Shown here one piece after another: positions 37,126 to 50,267 of a stretch of DNA of 64,000 nt (the stretch's first letter is position 1; each line of letters starts with the position of its first letter). The notes beneath the pieces are model-generated. The model searched no databases and had not been told where the DNA came from. It worked only from the letters and a program-made list of their open reading frames with translations. Made by a program: the position numbers and the translations under genes. This DNA is from Chiloscyllium plagiosum (Eukaryota), in the NCBI RefSeq assembly GCF_004010195.1, contig NC_057743.1:21987809-22051808 (forward strand). Reading direction: 5' to 3'.

Positions 37126-40100
37126 TGCTTTAAAAAAACATTTAAGAGGTATTTAGTGACAAATAGGCAGGCCATAGAGAGATATAGACCATATGCATAA
37201 AAATGGGATTTGTTTAGCCTAGCATGTCAGCACAGACATGGTAGGCTGAAGGGCTTGTTCCCGTGCCGTACTCTTCCATGGTAAATACCGAGAGGAAGCT
37301 TCCTCTCCTGCGAGAGTCTAAAACCAGAGGACGTGGTTGCAAAGTTGGGTGAGTAGGGGGAGGTGACGCAATGCAATTTAAAAACTGAAATAAAGGAGGT
37401 ATTTCTTCTCAGAATATGGAGCATCTTTGGAACTCTTTGCCACAGGGAATCTGTGTAACAAAACTGAGATAGACATACTCAATAAAGGATTATGGGAAAA
37501 GGGCAGGAAAATGGAAGTGAGGAATGTTGGATCAGCCATGATCTCAAGTGGCAAAGCAGGCTTGAGGGGCTGAATGGCCTGCTCCTAATCCTATTTAATG
37601 GTCTTAATTAACTCAGTGTTCTTCATGGCCATAAAACACTGGCCTACAATGGCTTGTTAGTTGTACTATCACAGAACAAGGATAGTGTCTGTAACAGTAT
37701 ACCTACTTCGACAATCAACTGAAAATAGCACTCAGTAGTGCACACCTCTGCCACATGTTAACTCAACATTATTGTAATTACACACCTGTTCCTGGGAGGT
37801 TCTCCCTGCCTGGTTAATGTGTTGTATTACAAAGCTGAAAAAGGTAATACTTTTCAGAAGACTTTACATCTCATTAAGTTTTCAGGCTAATCCAGATTCA
37901 ATAACTTGCTTTTCTCTGCTTCCATTTTGACAGTGGTTAACAAATTTCACCACAACAAAACCACATTCCAAATAAAACAACCCAATGTTAGCACATCTCT
38001 TAATGAGTTCCAGAATCCAGATCTTCACCAAAAACTAATCAATTTGTCTTTGTGTCATACCCCATCTTGTGCAAAGTATTGTTGAGATTTGTTGGGTAGT
38101 TTTTGAAATTTACTGTTTACAGACAGAGAGAGACTAACAAACAGGGGTGGAAATACTAATTTCTGGTCATATTCCGTACAAAGAGGTGAAGATGATGATC
38201 CAGCATTCCATTAAAACTATTGATTGTAGTTTATCACCCACATGATGCTCCAACCCACATTCCACTGCATATATTTTTGAAAACTAAAATACGCTTTTGG
38301 AATTGGGACCCACGACAGGTTTAAAGAAAGCTGCTCTACCACGTTCAAAACAAGGTGGACAACTGCTCTCCTGTCTGAACACCTGAAAATGTGGCACAAA
38401 TTGTTTTACTACAACATAACCTTCAGACAACAGCCTATGGGGAATTGAGTGGTAAATGACTTGTTGCAAACACTTCTTGTCTAACATAGATTTGTGTTCA
38501 GGACATTTAGGTAGCTAGTCCAGTTGAGTTCTTGGTTAACAATGACTCCCCTGCCCCAGGCTTTTAAAAATATGGGATTCAGCAGGAGGAATACACAATG
38601 TCAAGGGCATTCTATTTATTCATCATTCTTAAAAGCATTAACACAGTTCAGGTCATTAAAATTTATCATTAATTTGCTGCTTAGTGTTTAGTTTTATGCT
38701 GGTCCCTTTAATATCCAATCACAATGGATAAGGAAATGAAAGTGACTCATGTTGCATCTGAACTCTATATTTTCACAACCCAACCCCCAAACTGTGGGAT
38801 TAAGGGGAAGAAACCATCAAACTTTAACAAATGCAAACTCATTTTAGTTTAATGTATCATAAGTAACACTTCAAGTAATCGCTAATGAAAACCAGTTACA
38901 AATATCAGTGAAATGGTATACAAGTTGTTTGATTTGGCTAGTGAGTTATTTGAAGGAATTCTAAGTTATCAGAGCAAGTTAGACTTAGTCAACTTTTTTC
39001 CTATTTGATTTTGATGTGGCTCCCTTTTGAAAATATTATTCTTATATAATTGTTTATGTATCTGTTGTTTGTCCAATGGACTCACTTCACATTTTAAATT
39101 GAGAGTTTGATGTTATGCAACACTTTTTTCCCCCCCAAACTCAGTTCAACAGATCCTTAGGACAAATTCCATTTGTTTCTAAATAATTAGCAAACAGGGT
39201 TTTTTTGATGTCCGGAAGGTATCACCATGAGCTCAACTACATCTCAAGACAACAATGGATACTTTTAAAACACACTGATTTTCAGTACCATCTGAGTTGG
39301 GGGGGTAAGAATTTACAGCAAGGTTTGTGAAAACAATCCAAAAATGTAGCTGTTTTATCAGTGCTGCCCACCTAAGTGGCCATTATCCAGTTGTATGTTA
39401 CAATGCCCAACAGTGAGGAGAGTAATATATTCAAGTATGATCCCATCTTCAGATGACACATCCAGTTCTGAAGAATCATACTGAACTCAATGTTAACTCT
39501 TTCTCTCTCCTCAGATGTTGCCAGACGTGCTGAGTTTCTCCACATTTCACATAACACATTTGCTTGTGCAGGTCATGAGAGTCAGGCTGTGGAATTCTAG
39601 CTGACTTTTGTCTTGTTTAATGCTCCAACATGGCATGCTTTATGCAACTCTCCCTTCCTGCATAATGGCTGATTAAAATCAGAACAAAATCTGCTCTGAC
39701 ATACCCTTTTAATAGCAGAATTGAGAATGGATTTGGGGATATGTGGGAATTACCTGTCCTGAAATCTGGTTGCAGATTGACATTGCATTCAGGAAAAAGG
39801 GAAACCTGACTTTTATTTTTTTAAAAAAGTGCTGGAGAAATCCAGGCCTGCAGCATCTGTGGAGAGAGGAAGAGTGTGTTAACATTTTGTGTCCAGTATG
39901 GCCCTTATTCAGAACTGGGGAGGCAAGATAAATACATGAAGAAAAAAAGACTAGAAGATTATGCTTAGAGAAGAGATGAAGTAGAACGGGAAGATGTTGG
40001 CGTGGTTTATAAACATTAGCATAGAATGTCTGGGCCCAATGGCCCATTTCTGCGCTGGGAATACTAGTAGCTGAAAACAAATGGGAAGAAAATGCAACAC

Positions 40101-40209
40101 CAAAACAAATGAGCATGTTGCTTAAAAATCCAAAATATTTTCTCATTCTAAAACTAATAACTGATTTGTTATAAAACGCAATCCCATTTTATCTGCAGCT
40201 GGATTTTAC

Positions 40210-40360
40210 CTTCCATTGTCTGCAGCAGCTCCAACAATGTCCTGCAGCTCCCACCCACAATGCAGCACCACGCTTCCGGACATGCGTAACACACACTAGC
40301 TGACCGCGGCAGGTAGGATATATTCCATCGCCCTGAGGATTCTGGGTAATGTACCTCCAT
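40210..40360 (-). CDS. Probable first coding exon of the zinc-finger gene
   Basis: gcaATGG Kozak; 50 codons (MEVHYPESSGRW...LLELLQTME); donor GAAG|gtaaaa in phase 1, matching the 36605 acceptor. Locally CpG-rich. Joined product 370 aa. Confidence 0.55.
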
Positions 40361-42789
40361 TGCTAAACGAATGTGTCGACCTTTTAAATGTTTATATTTG
40401 TGTGAACAATCGTACAAATTTCAGTGAACAATCGTACAAATTTCGGAACCGCCAAAAGTTGCGAATAAATACTCAAGCAGATTTTCTTCCCATTTGTTTT
40501 CAGCTAGCTAGTATTCCCAGAAAGCAGAAAATGCTGAAATACTTTGGGTTGAGTAATATTTTTGGACGAAGACAGGGTTACCGTTTCAGGTTAATAACAT
40601 TTCAACAAAAGGATTGGTAGAATTGTTTGTTTTCTTGACTTGATCAAAACTGCATAGGAAAAAGTTAGTGCATAAAAGAGAATTGCCAAGAAAGAAACAT
40701 TATTTGAGAATCAAAAAAAGTGAGTGGCAGGTTTGCTAATCTTAGTCGTTTCCATTGTTTGGAATGCTTACATTTACTGTCCTATGCAATCTCCCAATTT
40801 TGCTATCATTTGTAAACTCTTATAATTTCAATTTCTCAGTAAAACCTTTGCGAAATGTACAGTCCTGCTTCATAAGATGAACAAGACTGTCATGTTAAGA
40901 GTAAGGGAAGGATTATTACATCTGTAGTAACATTTGTCTACAGCTACAATTAAATGCAGGAGCTTGGTTAATAGTCTGAATAAAAAATGTACCATTCAAA
41001 TCAATTCTTAAGCTATAATCAACCAAGAGGAGATAACTAATTTCAAATCGATTAGTGGTAGGAATATTACAATTGATCTCAATATCCTTCAGCAAAGTCA
41101 ACTAGAGTATCTATGCATTGTTATCCCATGACCTCTGCTAGAAAGTGTACATGTACAAATCAATATAGTCCCTTTCAAGAGCTTAACATCCCAAAATATT
41201 TTAGTCAATTAATTAGTGTTGACAAATAGTAACCATTCTCAAGTTGGCAAACACAGCAAGTAATACAAATATCACTTAGAAATATCAGTACAAAATCATA
41301 GCCTCCCTACCTCTTGGCCAGGATGCACATCTGCCTTGGGAGGTGTTCCACAACATATCAAACAAAATTAATTAAAATAACATATCACTTCTGTATGGAA
41401 GCTTGCTATGTTTCAAACCAGTAGTTCAGCATGTAATTGAGGTTTACATTCCACGGCAGTGCTGAAGGATACATGGTGAGAGACTGCTTCTCCAGAGGAC
41501 ACTTTAAGCCATAGCCCCATGGTCATTTAAAGATGTATAATTTGGTTTTCACCTCAAATGTACATGTGCACTGTTTCCAGCAGAACTCAAATGGATAGTG
41601 ATCAGGAACCTTGGCTGATTTTGCCAAAATTATATCAGAAACGAATTATAGTTCCTCCACAACCCTCTTGGATAAGATCACCAAACCCAGTAGATTGGGA
41701 ATCAACCCAAGAGATTTGGTTTGCACTGAATAACCAAATAAAGTAACGGGAAAATTCTAATATCTTTCAAAATTAAATCTGATCCAAACAGACACTGTTT
41801 TGCAGGCTATGGCCATAGCTTGATCAGATTAATTGCTGATACCTACTTTTGCAGAGATGGTGAACCTTCTTCGGTGAGCTACTTTTATTGGTGTGGTGAT
41901 GGGTTGTCTCACTGTAGTGAGAGGGTGACTAAGCCACCAGCAATGAAGGAACTGCAATCTACAGTCATATCAAAGTGACACGTGGCTTTGAAAAAGTTTT
42001 GGAAATGATGATTTTCCTATGACTTTAGCATTTCCCTTTTGTAAGGCACTCATGTCAGCAAAACAAACTGCTCACCGCAAGAGTATACACCATTTTAAAG
42101 TGTCAGAACAAAAAAGTTTACCTGTCCAATATGCAGAACTGATTAGTGAACTGATCGAGGGATTTCCATATCCGTATAATTCATTTGCTCACTAAATAAT
42201 TAGAGAAGCTGAAATCATAGTACGTCTCCAAAGTTTAAATTTTGTTTCCTGGTGTGGAACTGATTTTGAATGAAACAGAGCAGAAAATTCTTTCTACAAG
42301 ATGTTTCTCTCTTTATTATCTCTAAATTACTGTTGTACTACGAACAATCAAATTGGATACTTTCCTCATGCATATAAAAATACCAACGAAGAATGAATAC
42401 GAATGAAATTTGTGTGTTTTACCAGGGAGTTTGTCAAGCAAATTGCACCACCTACTGGTGGTATGTGAAATTACATGAGATAGGTGCAAAATTTATATGT
42501 AGAAACTGTCGAGCCTTCACAAAGTTACAAGTAATTTTAGAGATTGTACACTAATCATGACTTTTAACTGGGGTGTTGTTGACATTTCGCTCTTCTCTGA
42601 TAACTTTAGCTATCTGTCAGAATCCAGTACCATCATACATTTTTCCTATTAAATCACCTAAGTGTCTATTTTCCTGCCTTCACCTGGTGTTAATCAATAC
42701 AAGGACAGCAGTTTTACCCGTACAACACTGGGCATTTGAATTATTACCTTGTTAAAAAGGGCCTGTTGCCCAGCAGGGCAAGCAGATCC

Positions 42790-43085
42790 TAAATGCCTCA
42801 AGATTAGAGAGAGCAGATTTAGGAGGAATCGAGGAGGAGCATATTCACCCAGAGGGTTGTAAATCTATGGAATTCCTTGCCCAGTGAAGTAGTTGACACT
42901 ACTTCAGTAAACGTTTTTAAAGTTAGATTTTTTTTTAAACAATACAGGAATTAAGGGATACAGTGAGAGTGTAAGTAAGTGGATCTGAATCCACGAAAAG
43001 ATAAGCCATGATCTTATTGAATGGTGGAGCAGACTCGAAGGGCCAGATGGTCTACTCTGGCTCCTAGTTCTTATGTTCTTATGAC
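42790..43085 (+). mobile_element. CR1-type LINE 3' end
   Basis: ttcacccagagggttg..agccatgatcttattgaatggtggagcagactcgaagggc..(tcttatgt)n tail. Confidence 0.75.
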
Positions 43086-45450
43086 CCCTAAATAGATTTT
43101 TGACTGGAGCCTACAGCAACAAGAACAAAAACAAAAAGCCCACTAAAAGGTAACTGCCAAATCATTTTTCAGAGTTCTGCCTGCAAGGGCAGGAGCAACA
43201 TTTTGGTTGTGCTTTAGTCTAGAAGTGCCCATGTTGAGACATCTAGCCACCCAAAGCAAATGATAGGGTAACACTGTTAGGCTACTGAGAAATTCAGTTT
43301 GCTTATTAGTGTTCCCGCATCTCAAAGCTTAAACGTATCCTAACAGTTTGTACATCAATGACAAATCAAAATTGTGCACAATTTAATCCTCTTATACATT
43401 GAACATAATGACAAATTCCAAAGATTCAATTTATATCAAATCAAATCACTTTAGATTACAGATTCAACATGAAAAATTTCTCACAATATTCAAGAGGAAG
43501 ATGGATAGTTTCAAGTCCAAAATTCACATTAGTGTGTGAAATTTAGATAAATTCATAACTGGATTAACAAAATAAAAATCTTCCAAACGCAGGTAAAATC
43601 CATTCACATATGGTAGCCAAAAACAAAAAATCAAAAGGTGATTTTTCTTTATCAAAGATTAATGCTGATTAAAGCTAATATTCAAATACAATTAGGGAAA
43701 ATAAAAATAACAATATTGATCTCAGTGCATGTAATCATCAAGATTACCTTCTGGTACTTGTCATGGAATTAAAGCCCATCATAATTGTGAAATAACACTT
43801 ATGTTTTTCTATTTATTTTCTCTAGTGTCCTTTAGGCATTGGCTCTTCTGGGGTAAATTAGCACAGCATCAAGTGTTCATATATCAGTCTTGACAACAAA
43901 TAGCAGCTTTGGGGACCACAAGGTGCATCATAGTGGATCTTATCTTGCATTTGCTCAAATTCCATACTGTCAGTTTCCAGCATCTGTAGAATTGATATAT
44001 TTCCATTTCCCTAGCCTTGTCATAGCCTGGTGCTGTTAAAGTGTAATAGTGAACTCATGTTCTATATGGGTATACACAAAGATTACTCATTCCCCCAATG
44101 CACAGCTGATTACGTGCACTGCCCGTAACCATATACCACAACAGTCCTTTGTTCAATCCAAATGTTTGCTGTCCTTAGTTGACACATTCAAATTGATCCG
44201 AATGACCATAAAGACAAGGAAAAGCGTAGTGATTGTGAACCATGGATTTCTGCCTGAGAATGTCTGGGGTCAGGATGGAATGCTGCTTTGTCAACCCAAC
44301 ACATGATCCAAGACAATAAGGAAAACAGCAAGTGACAGTACATCTTTGGCCAGAACATTGAAAGCCTTCAAACTGTTCTTGCACTAACATATATTCCCTT
44401 TTCATTTTCTAACTTGCAAATTATACAGTTAAAAAATATACCAAAATTTAAAAGTGCAAAAATGTAAACTACTGTCTGTTTCCACTAAGACTTAAAAAAA
44501 ATCTGAGTTCAATCTGATTTCTTGCATAATTAATACCAGGATGAGTCTCTTCCACTGTTAGTAATCTGATGGTTTTGCTGCTTGCGCTTGCAATAGCTTT
44601 TACTCAGTGTAATTTATTCACACATTAGAATGAGATTAACAAAAACGCAAATCCGAACAGAGCTGACAGAGGACAGAGGATCTGAAAAACACAATACAGA
44701 CATTCACAAAATCAGACACCTCCTGCAAGGAGAACATTTTGGATCTTCATGTGTATTGTAGTTGGATCTCATTTGCTCAAAAGATAAGAAACTAAACATA
44801 ACTGGAAAGTGGAAAGGAAGCCTTTCAAATCTGCTGATTGATAGAAAGTAAAAAGAAACATAAGAGGTGACTCATTCTTGGTCAATTTTCTCATATACAA
44901 GTAGAGTTGTGTCACGGGTTTTTGGACAAGGTGGAGCCCAACCCTTGCCTTGGACTGGGCGAGCTACCTCTGGCCAGGACCCTATATTTAGGCTCACCAT
45001 CTTGCTGCCCTTTGATAAGATTAACAGGAATAAACAATGTCAGTCACAACTTGCATTCCTGCTCACTGTCCAGTGACACCATACTGGAAAATACAAATGT
45101 GTTCAAATCACTGACAATAGATTCAGGCCAACTATAATACATACCACAGTGAAATAGACACTCTGCCCACATTCAGACATGAAGAATGGACACTTGGACA
45201 AGGTTTAGGCTGTTCAGACCCTCAATCATAACAGTCAACACATTTAGAGAGGTACAGAAAATAGTGGGGGGGAGATGCAATTTATAGACAGTGAAGGGAG
45301 TGCTGACTCACTATATCCAACAACTCATCAGGTTAATTAATATTAAAGTAATTTTTATCATCTTTGATTACTGAAGTCAGCATTTGCAAATATCACCATT
45401 AAAATACACAACGTTGTAGAACAAGTGGGTCTTTTGTGCAAAGTGCAGGA

Positions 45451-45973
45451 TTACGGAAGATCAAGCAAGCCATGTTGACTATACAGGTCTTCTGTGATTT
45501 CGTAAGTTTTTGCAACGACCGGCAGTGCTTCTCCCAGTATAGCCACCACCTTTTCTGTTGGGCCCATATTCATAACCTCAAAGAAGTTTGCTCGGCTTGG
45601 CAGCATATAAAAGGCCACAGTTGCAGCTTTGCGTATTATCCAGGGATGATATTTGGCCAGGACATCCTGGTAGGCCTCTGTACAAAGGACAGACGTTTTG
45701 CTATTGTCAGAAGCTACCCGCAGTTTCTCCAGAAAGAGCTGCAGCCACCTGAGGGCACGATGGAGCCGCAGTAGTGTACGGCAGCCAGAGTCCCAGTGGT
45801 CACCCTGCTTTGTCAGATCCACGAGCTTGTTATCAACCTCGTACTTTACCATCGACTGAATGGTCAAATACTTTTGGCCATTCACACCACTTCTGTAGTC
45901 TTCCAGAATTTGGATTTTGGTGACAGCATCATTTGAAATAAAGGAAAATGCTGATCCCAGACTGCTCATAAAT
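45451..45973 (-). CDS. CPTP: Ceramide-1-phosphate transfer protein (GLTP domain), last coding exon
   Basis: cag|FMSSLGSAFSFISNDAVTKIQIL..SGCRTLLRLHRALRWLQLFLE..YHPWIIRKAATVAF..LYSQHGLLDLP*, phase 2. Confidence 0.95.
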
Positions 45974-46479
45974 CTGAAGTGTAATAAACAAAAATATCTT
46001 AGCATTTATAACAAACATCAAGATAAAATGTTAAGTAAACTACTGATCTAATAAAAATTTAGAAGCAATATTCTTCAAAAATAATAAATACTCCATTGTA
46101 AAGTGGGTTACTACTTCTAGAAATCAAATTGTATCTACTTTTTTGGGAGTTTATCTTGCAAGATGCAGCTGAAAGGTCTCCAGTTCAACCCTTGATTTTC
46201 CACTGATCTGGGAATGATAGATGTTGTACTTTGCTGATTAGAGAGGGAATGATCGCTACCTATTACACCTTTGCTAGAAGCACCCAACAGAATGGGATTG
46301 GCCTCAACAATGTTGCTACCAATATTAAGCAGTCTGCTCACATGAATCCTCATGACTCAGCTGAGTGTCAGATATGCAGGGGATATACTGAACACTGCTG
46401 TACACCAAATGTACCCAAGCAAAGAATTAATACCTTCAGGAGAGGAACTCTCAGAAGGTTGGCAAGGAACTTTTAATCA

Positions 46480-47940
46480 CGTCAGAGCACAGAAACAGAT
46501 CCTTTGGTCCAACCAGTCCATGCCGAACATAATCCCACCAGTCCCACCTACCTGCTCCTGGCTCATCTTTCTCTAATCCTTTCATGTCCATGTATTTGAC
46601 CAAATGTCTTTTAAATGTTCTAAATTGTGCTCGCATCCACCACTTCCTCAGGACGTTCATTCCACACACAAACCACCCTCTGTGTAAAACAAAAAGGCCT
46701 CTCATGACTTTTTAAAACTTTCTCCTCTCACCTTAAAGTGTGCCTCAGTCTAGAAATCCCCATCCTAGGGGGAAGGCAACTGCCAGTAACTACCTATATC
46801 CCTCATTATTTTGTAAACTTCTATCAGATTACTTCTCAACTTCTGACACTCCAGTGAAAAAAGTCCCAGCCCATCCAGCCTCTCTTTATAACTCAAACCT
46901 TCCATACCCACCAACATACTGGTAAATATCTCCTGAACCCTCTCGAGCTTAGTAATATTCTTCCTATAACTGGGTGACTAAAACTAGACAATATTCCAGA
47001 AGAGGCATCACCAGTGTCTGTACAAGCTCAACGTCACTTCCCAACTCCGACACCCAAAGAACTAAACAATGAAAGCAAATATGCCAAATACCTTTTTAAC
47101 CACCCTGTCTATGGGTGATGCAAACTTCAAAAGAATAATGTACCTGCACCCAGAGGTCCCTCTGTCCTACAATACTGCCCAAGACCCTACCATTAATATA
47201 TAATTATTTTGTTGTACCAAAATGGAATACCTTGCATCTATCCAGATTGAACTCCATCTGAATTTTTTCTATTCATTGACCCATTTGGTTAAGATCCCTT
47301 TGTAATCGTAGAAAATCTTCTACACTGTCAACTATGCCACCAATGTTGGCCTTGTCCACAAACTCACCTTAACCATGCTTTCTGTGTTCTCATCTAAATC
47401 ATTTATATAAAATGACAAAAAGAATAAAAGAACCCAGAACCAACCCCTGTGGAACAACTCTGGTGACAGGCCTCCAATTTGAAACACACCCTCCACCATC
47501 CCCCTCTCCTGCAGTTAAGCCAATCTTATATCCAATTGGCAAGCTCACCCTGAATCCCATGGAATCCAACTTTACTAATTAGTCTACCATTCAGAATCTT
47601 GTCAAAGGCTTTACTAAAATCCAAATAACCAATGTCTACTGCTCTGCTATCAATCTTTTGGTACCCACTTCAAAAACAATACTGACTATCCCATATCAAT
47701 TTTTGCCTCTCAATGTTCATAAATCCTATCTTTTCTAATCACCTCTAACAAATTACCCACAACCAAAGTCACACAAGTCTATAGTTTCCAAATTTCTCCT
47801 TACAACCTTTCTTAAACAAAAGTACATTAGTCACCCTCTCCAGTCATCAAGCACCTTACCCATAATTATAGATAATGCAAACATTTCTGCAAGGGGTCTC
47901 AATATCTTCCCTTTCTTGTCACAATATTCTGGGATACATT
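46480..47940 (-). mobile_element. CR1-type LINE, old and decayed, in the CPTP intron
   Basis: Remnants of GVVPQGLVLG and EFVDKANIG (FADD-derived), plus a CR1 tail. Confidence 0.75.
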
Positions 47941-49900
47941 AACATAGAACATTACAGCGCAGTACAGGCCCTCGATGTTGCACTGACCAGTCATACCAAC
48001 CTGACGCCCATCTAACCTACACTATTCTATGTACTTCCATATGTTTGTCCAATGACGACTTAAATGCACTTAAAGTTGGTGAATCTACTACCGTTGCAGG
48101 CAAAGCATTCCATAACCTTACTACTCTGAGTAAAGAAATTACCTCTGACATCTGTCCTATATCTATCACCCACAATTTAAAGCTCTGCCCTCTCGTGCTC
48201 ACCATCACCATACTTTGAAAAAGGCAGTCCCTGTCCACCCTATCTAACCCTCTGATTATCTTATGTGTCTCTATTAAGTCACCTCTCAACCTCCTTCTCT
48301 CCAACAAAAACAGCCTCAAGTCCCTCAGCCTTTCCTCATAAGACCTCCCCTCCATACCTGGCAACATCCTAGTAAATCTCCCCTGCACACTTTCCAAAGC
48401 TTCCACATCCTTCTTATAATGTGGTGACCAGAACTGTACACAATACTCCAAGTGCGGCCGCACCAGAGTTTTGTACAGCTGTAGCATAACCTCATGGTTC
48501 CGGAACTCGATCCCTCTATTAATAAAAGCTAAAACACTGTATGCCTTCTTAACAATCCTGTCGACCTGGGTGGCAACTTTCAAGGATCTGTGTACCTGGA
48601 CACAGATCTCTCTGCTCATCTACACTACCAAGAATCCTACCATTAGCCCAGTACTTTGCATTCCAATTACTCTGACCAAAGCAATTCACCTCACACTTGT
48701 CCACATTAAACTCCATTTGCCACCTCTCAGCCCAGCTCTGCAGCTTATCTATGTCTCTCTGTAACCTACAATATCCTTCGTCACTATCCACAACTCCGCC
48801 AACCTTCGTATCATCTGCGAATTTACTAACCCACCCTTCTACACACTCATCCAGGTCATTTATAAAAATGACGAACAGCAGTGGACCCAACACTGACCCT
48901 TGCGGTACATCACTAGTAACTGGACTCCAGGATGAACATTTCCCAACGACCACCCACTGTCTTCTTTCAGCAAGCCAATTACTGATCCAAACTGCTATAT
49001 CTCCCACAATCCCATTCCTCCGCATTTTGAACAATAGCCTACTGTGGGGAACCTTATCGAACGTCTTGCTGAAATCCATATACACCACATCAACCAGTTT
49101 ACTCTCATCTACCTGTTTGGTAACCTTCTCAAATAACTCAATACGGTTTGTGAGGCACAACCTACCTTCACAAAACTGTGCTGACTATCCCTAATCAAAT
49201 TATTCTTTTCTAGATGATTATACATCCTATCTCTTATAACCTTTTCCAACACTTCACCAACAACTGAAGTAAGGCTCACAGGTCTATAATTACCAGGGTT
49301 GTCTCTACTCCCATTCTTGAACAAGGGAACAAGATTTGCTGTCCTCCAGTCTTCTGGCACTATTCCTGCAGACAATGACGATTTAAAGATCAATGTCAAA
49401 GGCTTGGCAATCTCCACCCTGGCTTCGCAGAGGATCCTAGGATAAATCCCATCTGGCCCAGGGGACTTATCTATTTTCACACTCTGCAGGATTTCTAATA
49501 CTGAAAAATGTGTTGCTGGAAAAGCGCAGCAGGTCAGGCAGCATCAAAGGAGCAGGCGAATAGACGTTCGGGCATAAGCCCTTCTTCAGGAATCTTCAGA
49601 ATTTCTAATACCTCTTCCTTGTGAACCTCAATCCCACCAAGTCTAGTAGCCTGTATCTCCGTATTCTCCTCTACAACATTGTCGTTTTCTAGAGTGAATA
49701 CTGTCGAAAAATATTCATTAAAAAACATTAGATCAGGTCCTGGAGTTTCATCTACCTTTAAATGTTCTAAGATCTCCTGAACTTCCTCTTCTGTAATGTA
49801 AACTGTATTTAAAACACCAAAGTTTATTTCTCTGCATTCTCTAGAATCTATTTCTTTCTCCACAGTAAAAATTGACAATATTCATTTAGTATCTCTCCCA
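47941..49900 (-). mobile_element. CR1-type LINE ORF2 (RT) 3' portion, younger copy, interrupted by a PLE-derived insert at 49502-49600
   Basis: [67 protein letters not shown]. atttctaatac is duplicated around the insert. Confidence 0.93.
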
Positions 49901-50267
49901 TCTCCGGGAGTTTGCATGCATCAGGTTATAAAGACACTGATGCCAATGCTACTCTTTGGTATTTCCCAATGAAACATTTTTCAGGTGGAATTCAAATATG
50001 CACACATCACACATGCATATCCCTCAGTCAAATCCAGCCATTAACTGAATTCAAGTCGAATCTAATGTTCTGGTTGTTGTGAACTACTAATAACATACCT
50101 CATATTGTGCTAATCTTAAAGAGTCTTCATCTGAAGAGCCATATCAGACTCAATGATAACTCTGTTCATCTCTTCACAGATGCTGCCAGATCTGGAGTGT
50201 GTTTTTGGAATGATTTTTTATTTCAGATTTTCAGCATCTGCGGTATTTTGCTTTAATAATTAAAAAA

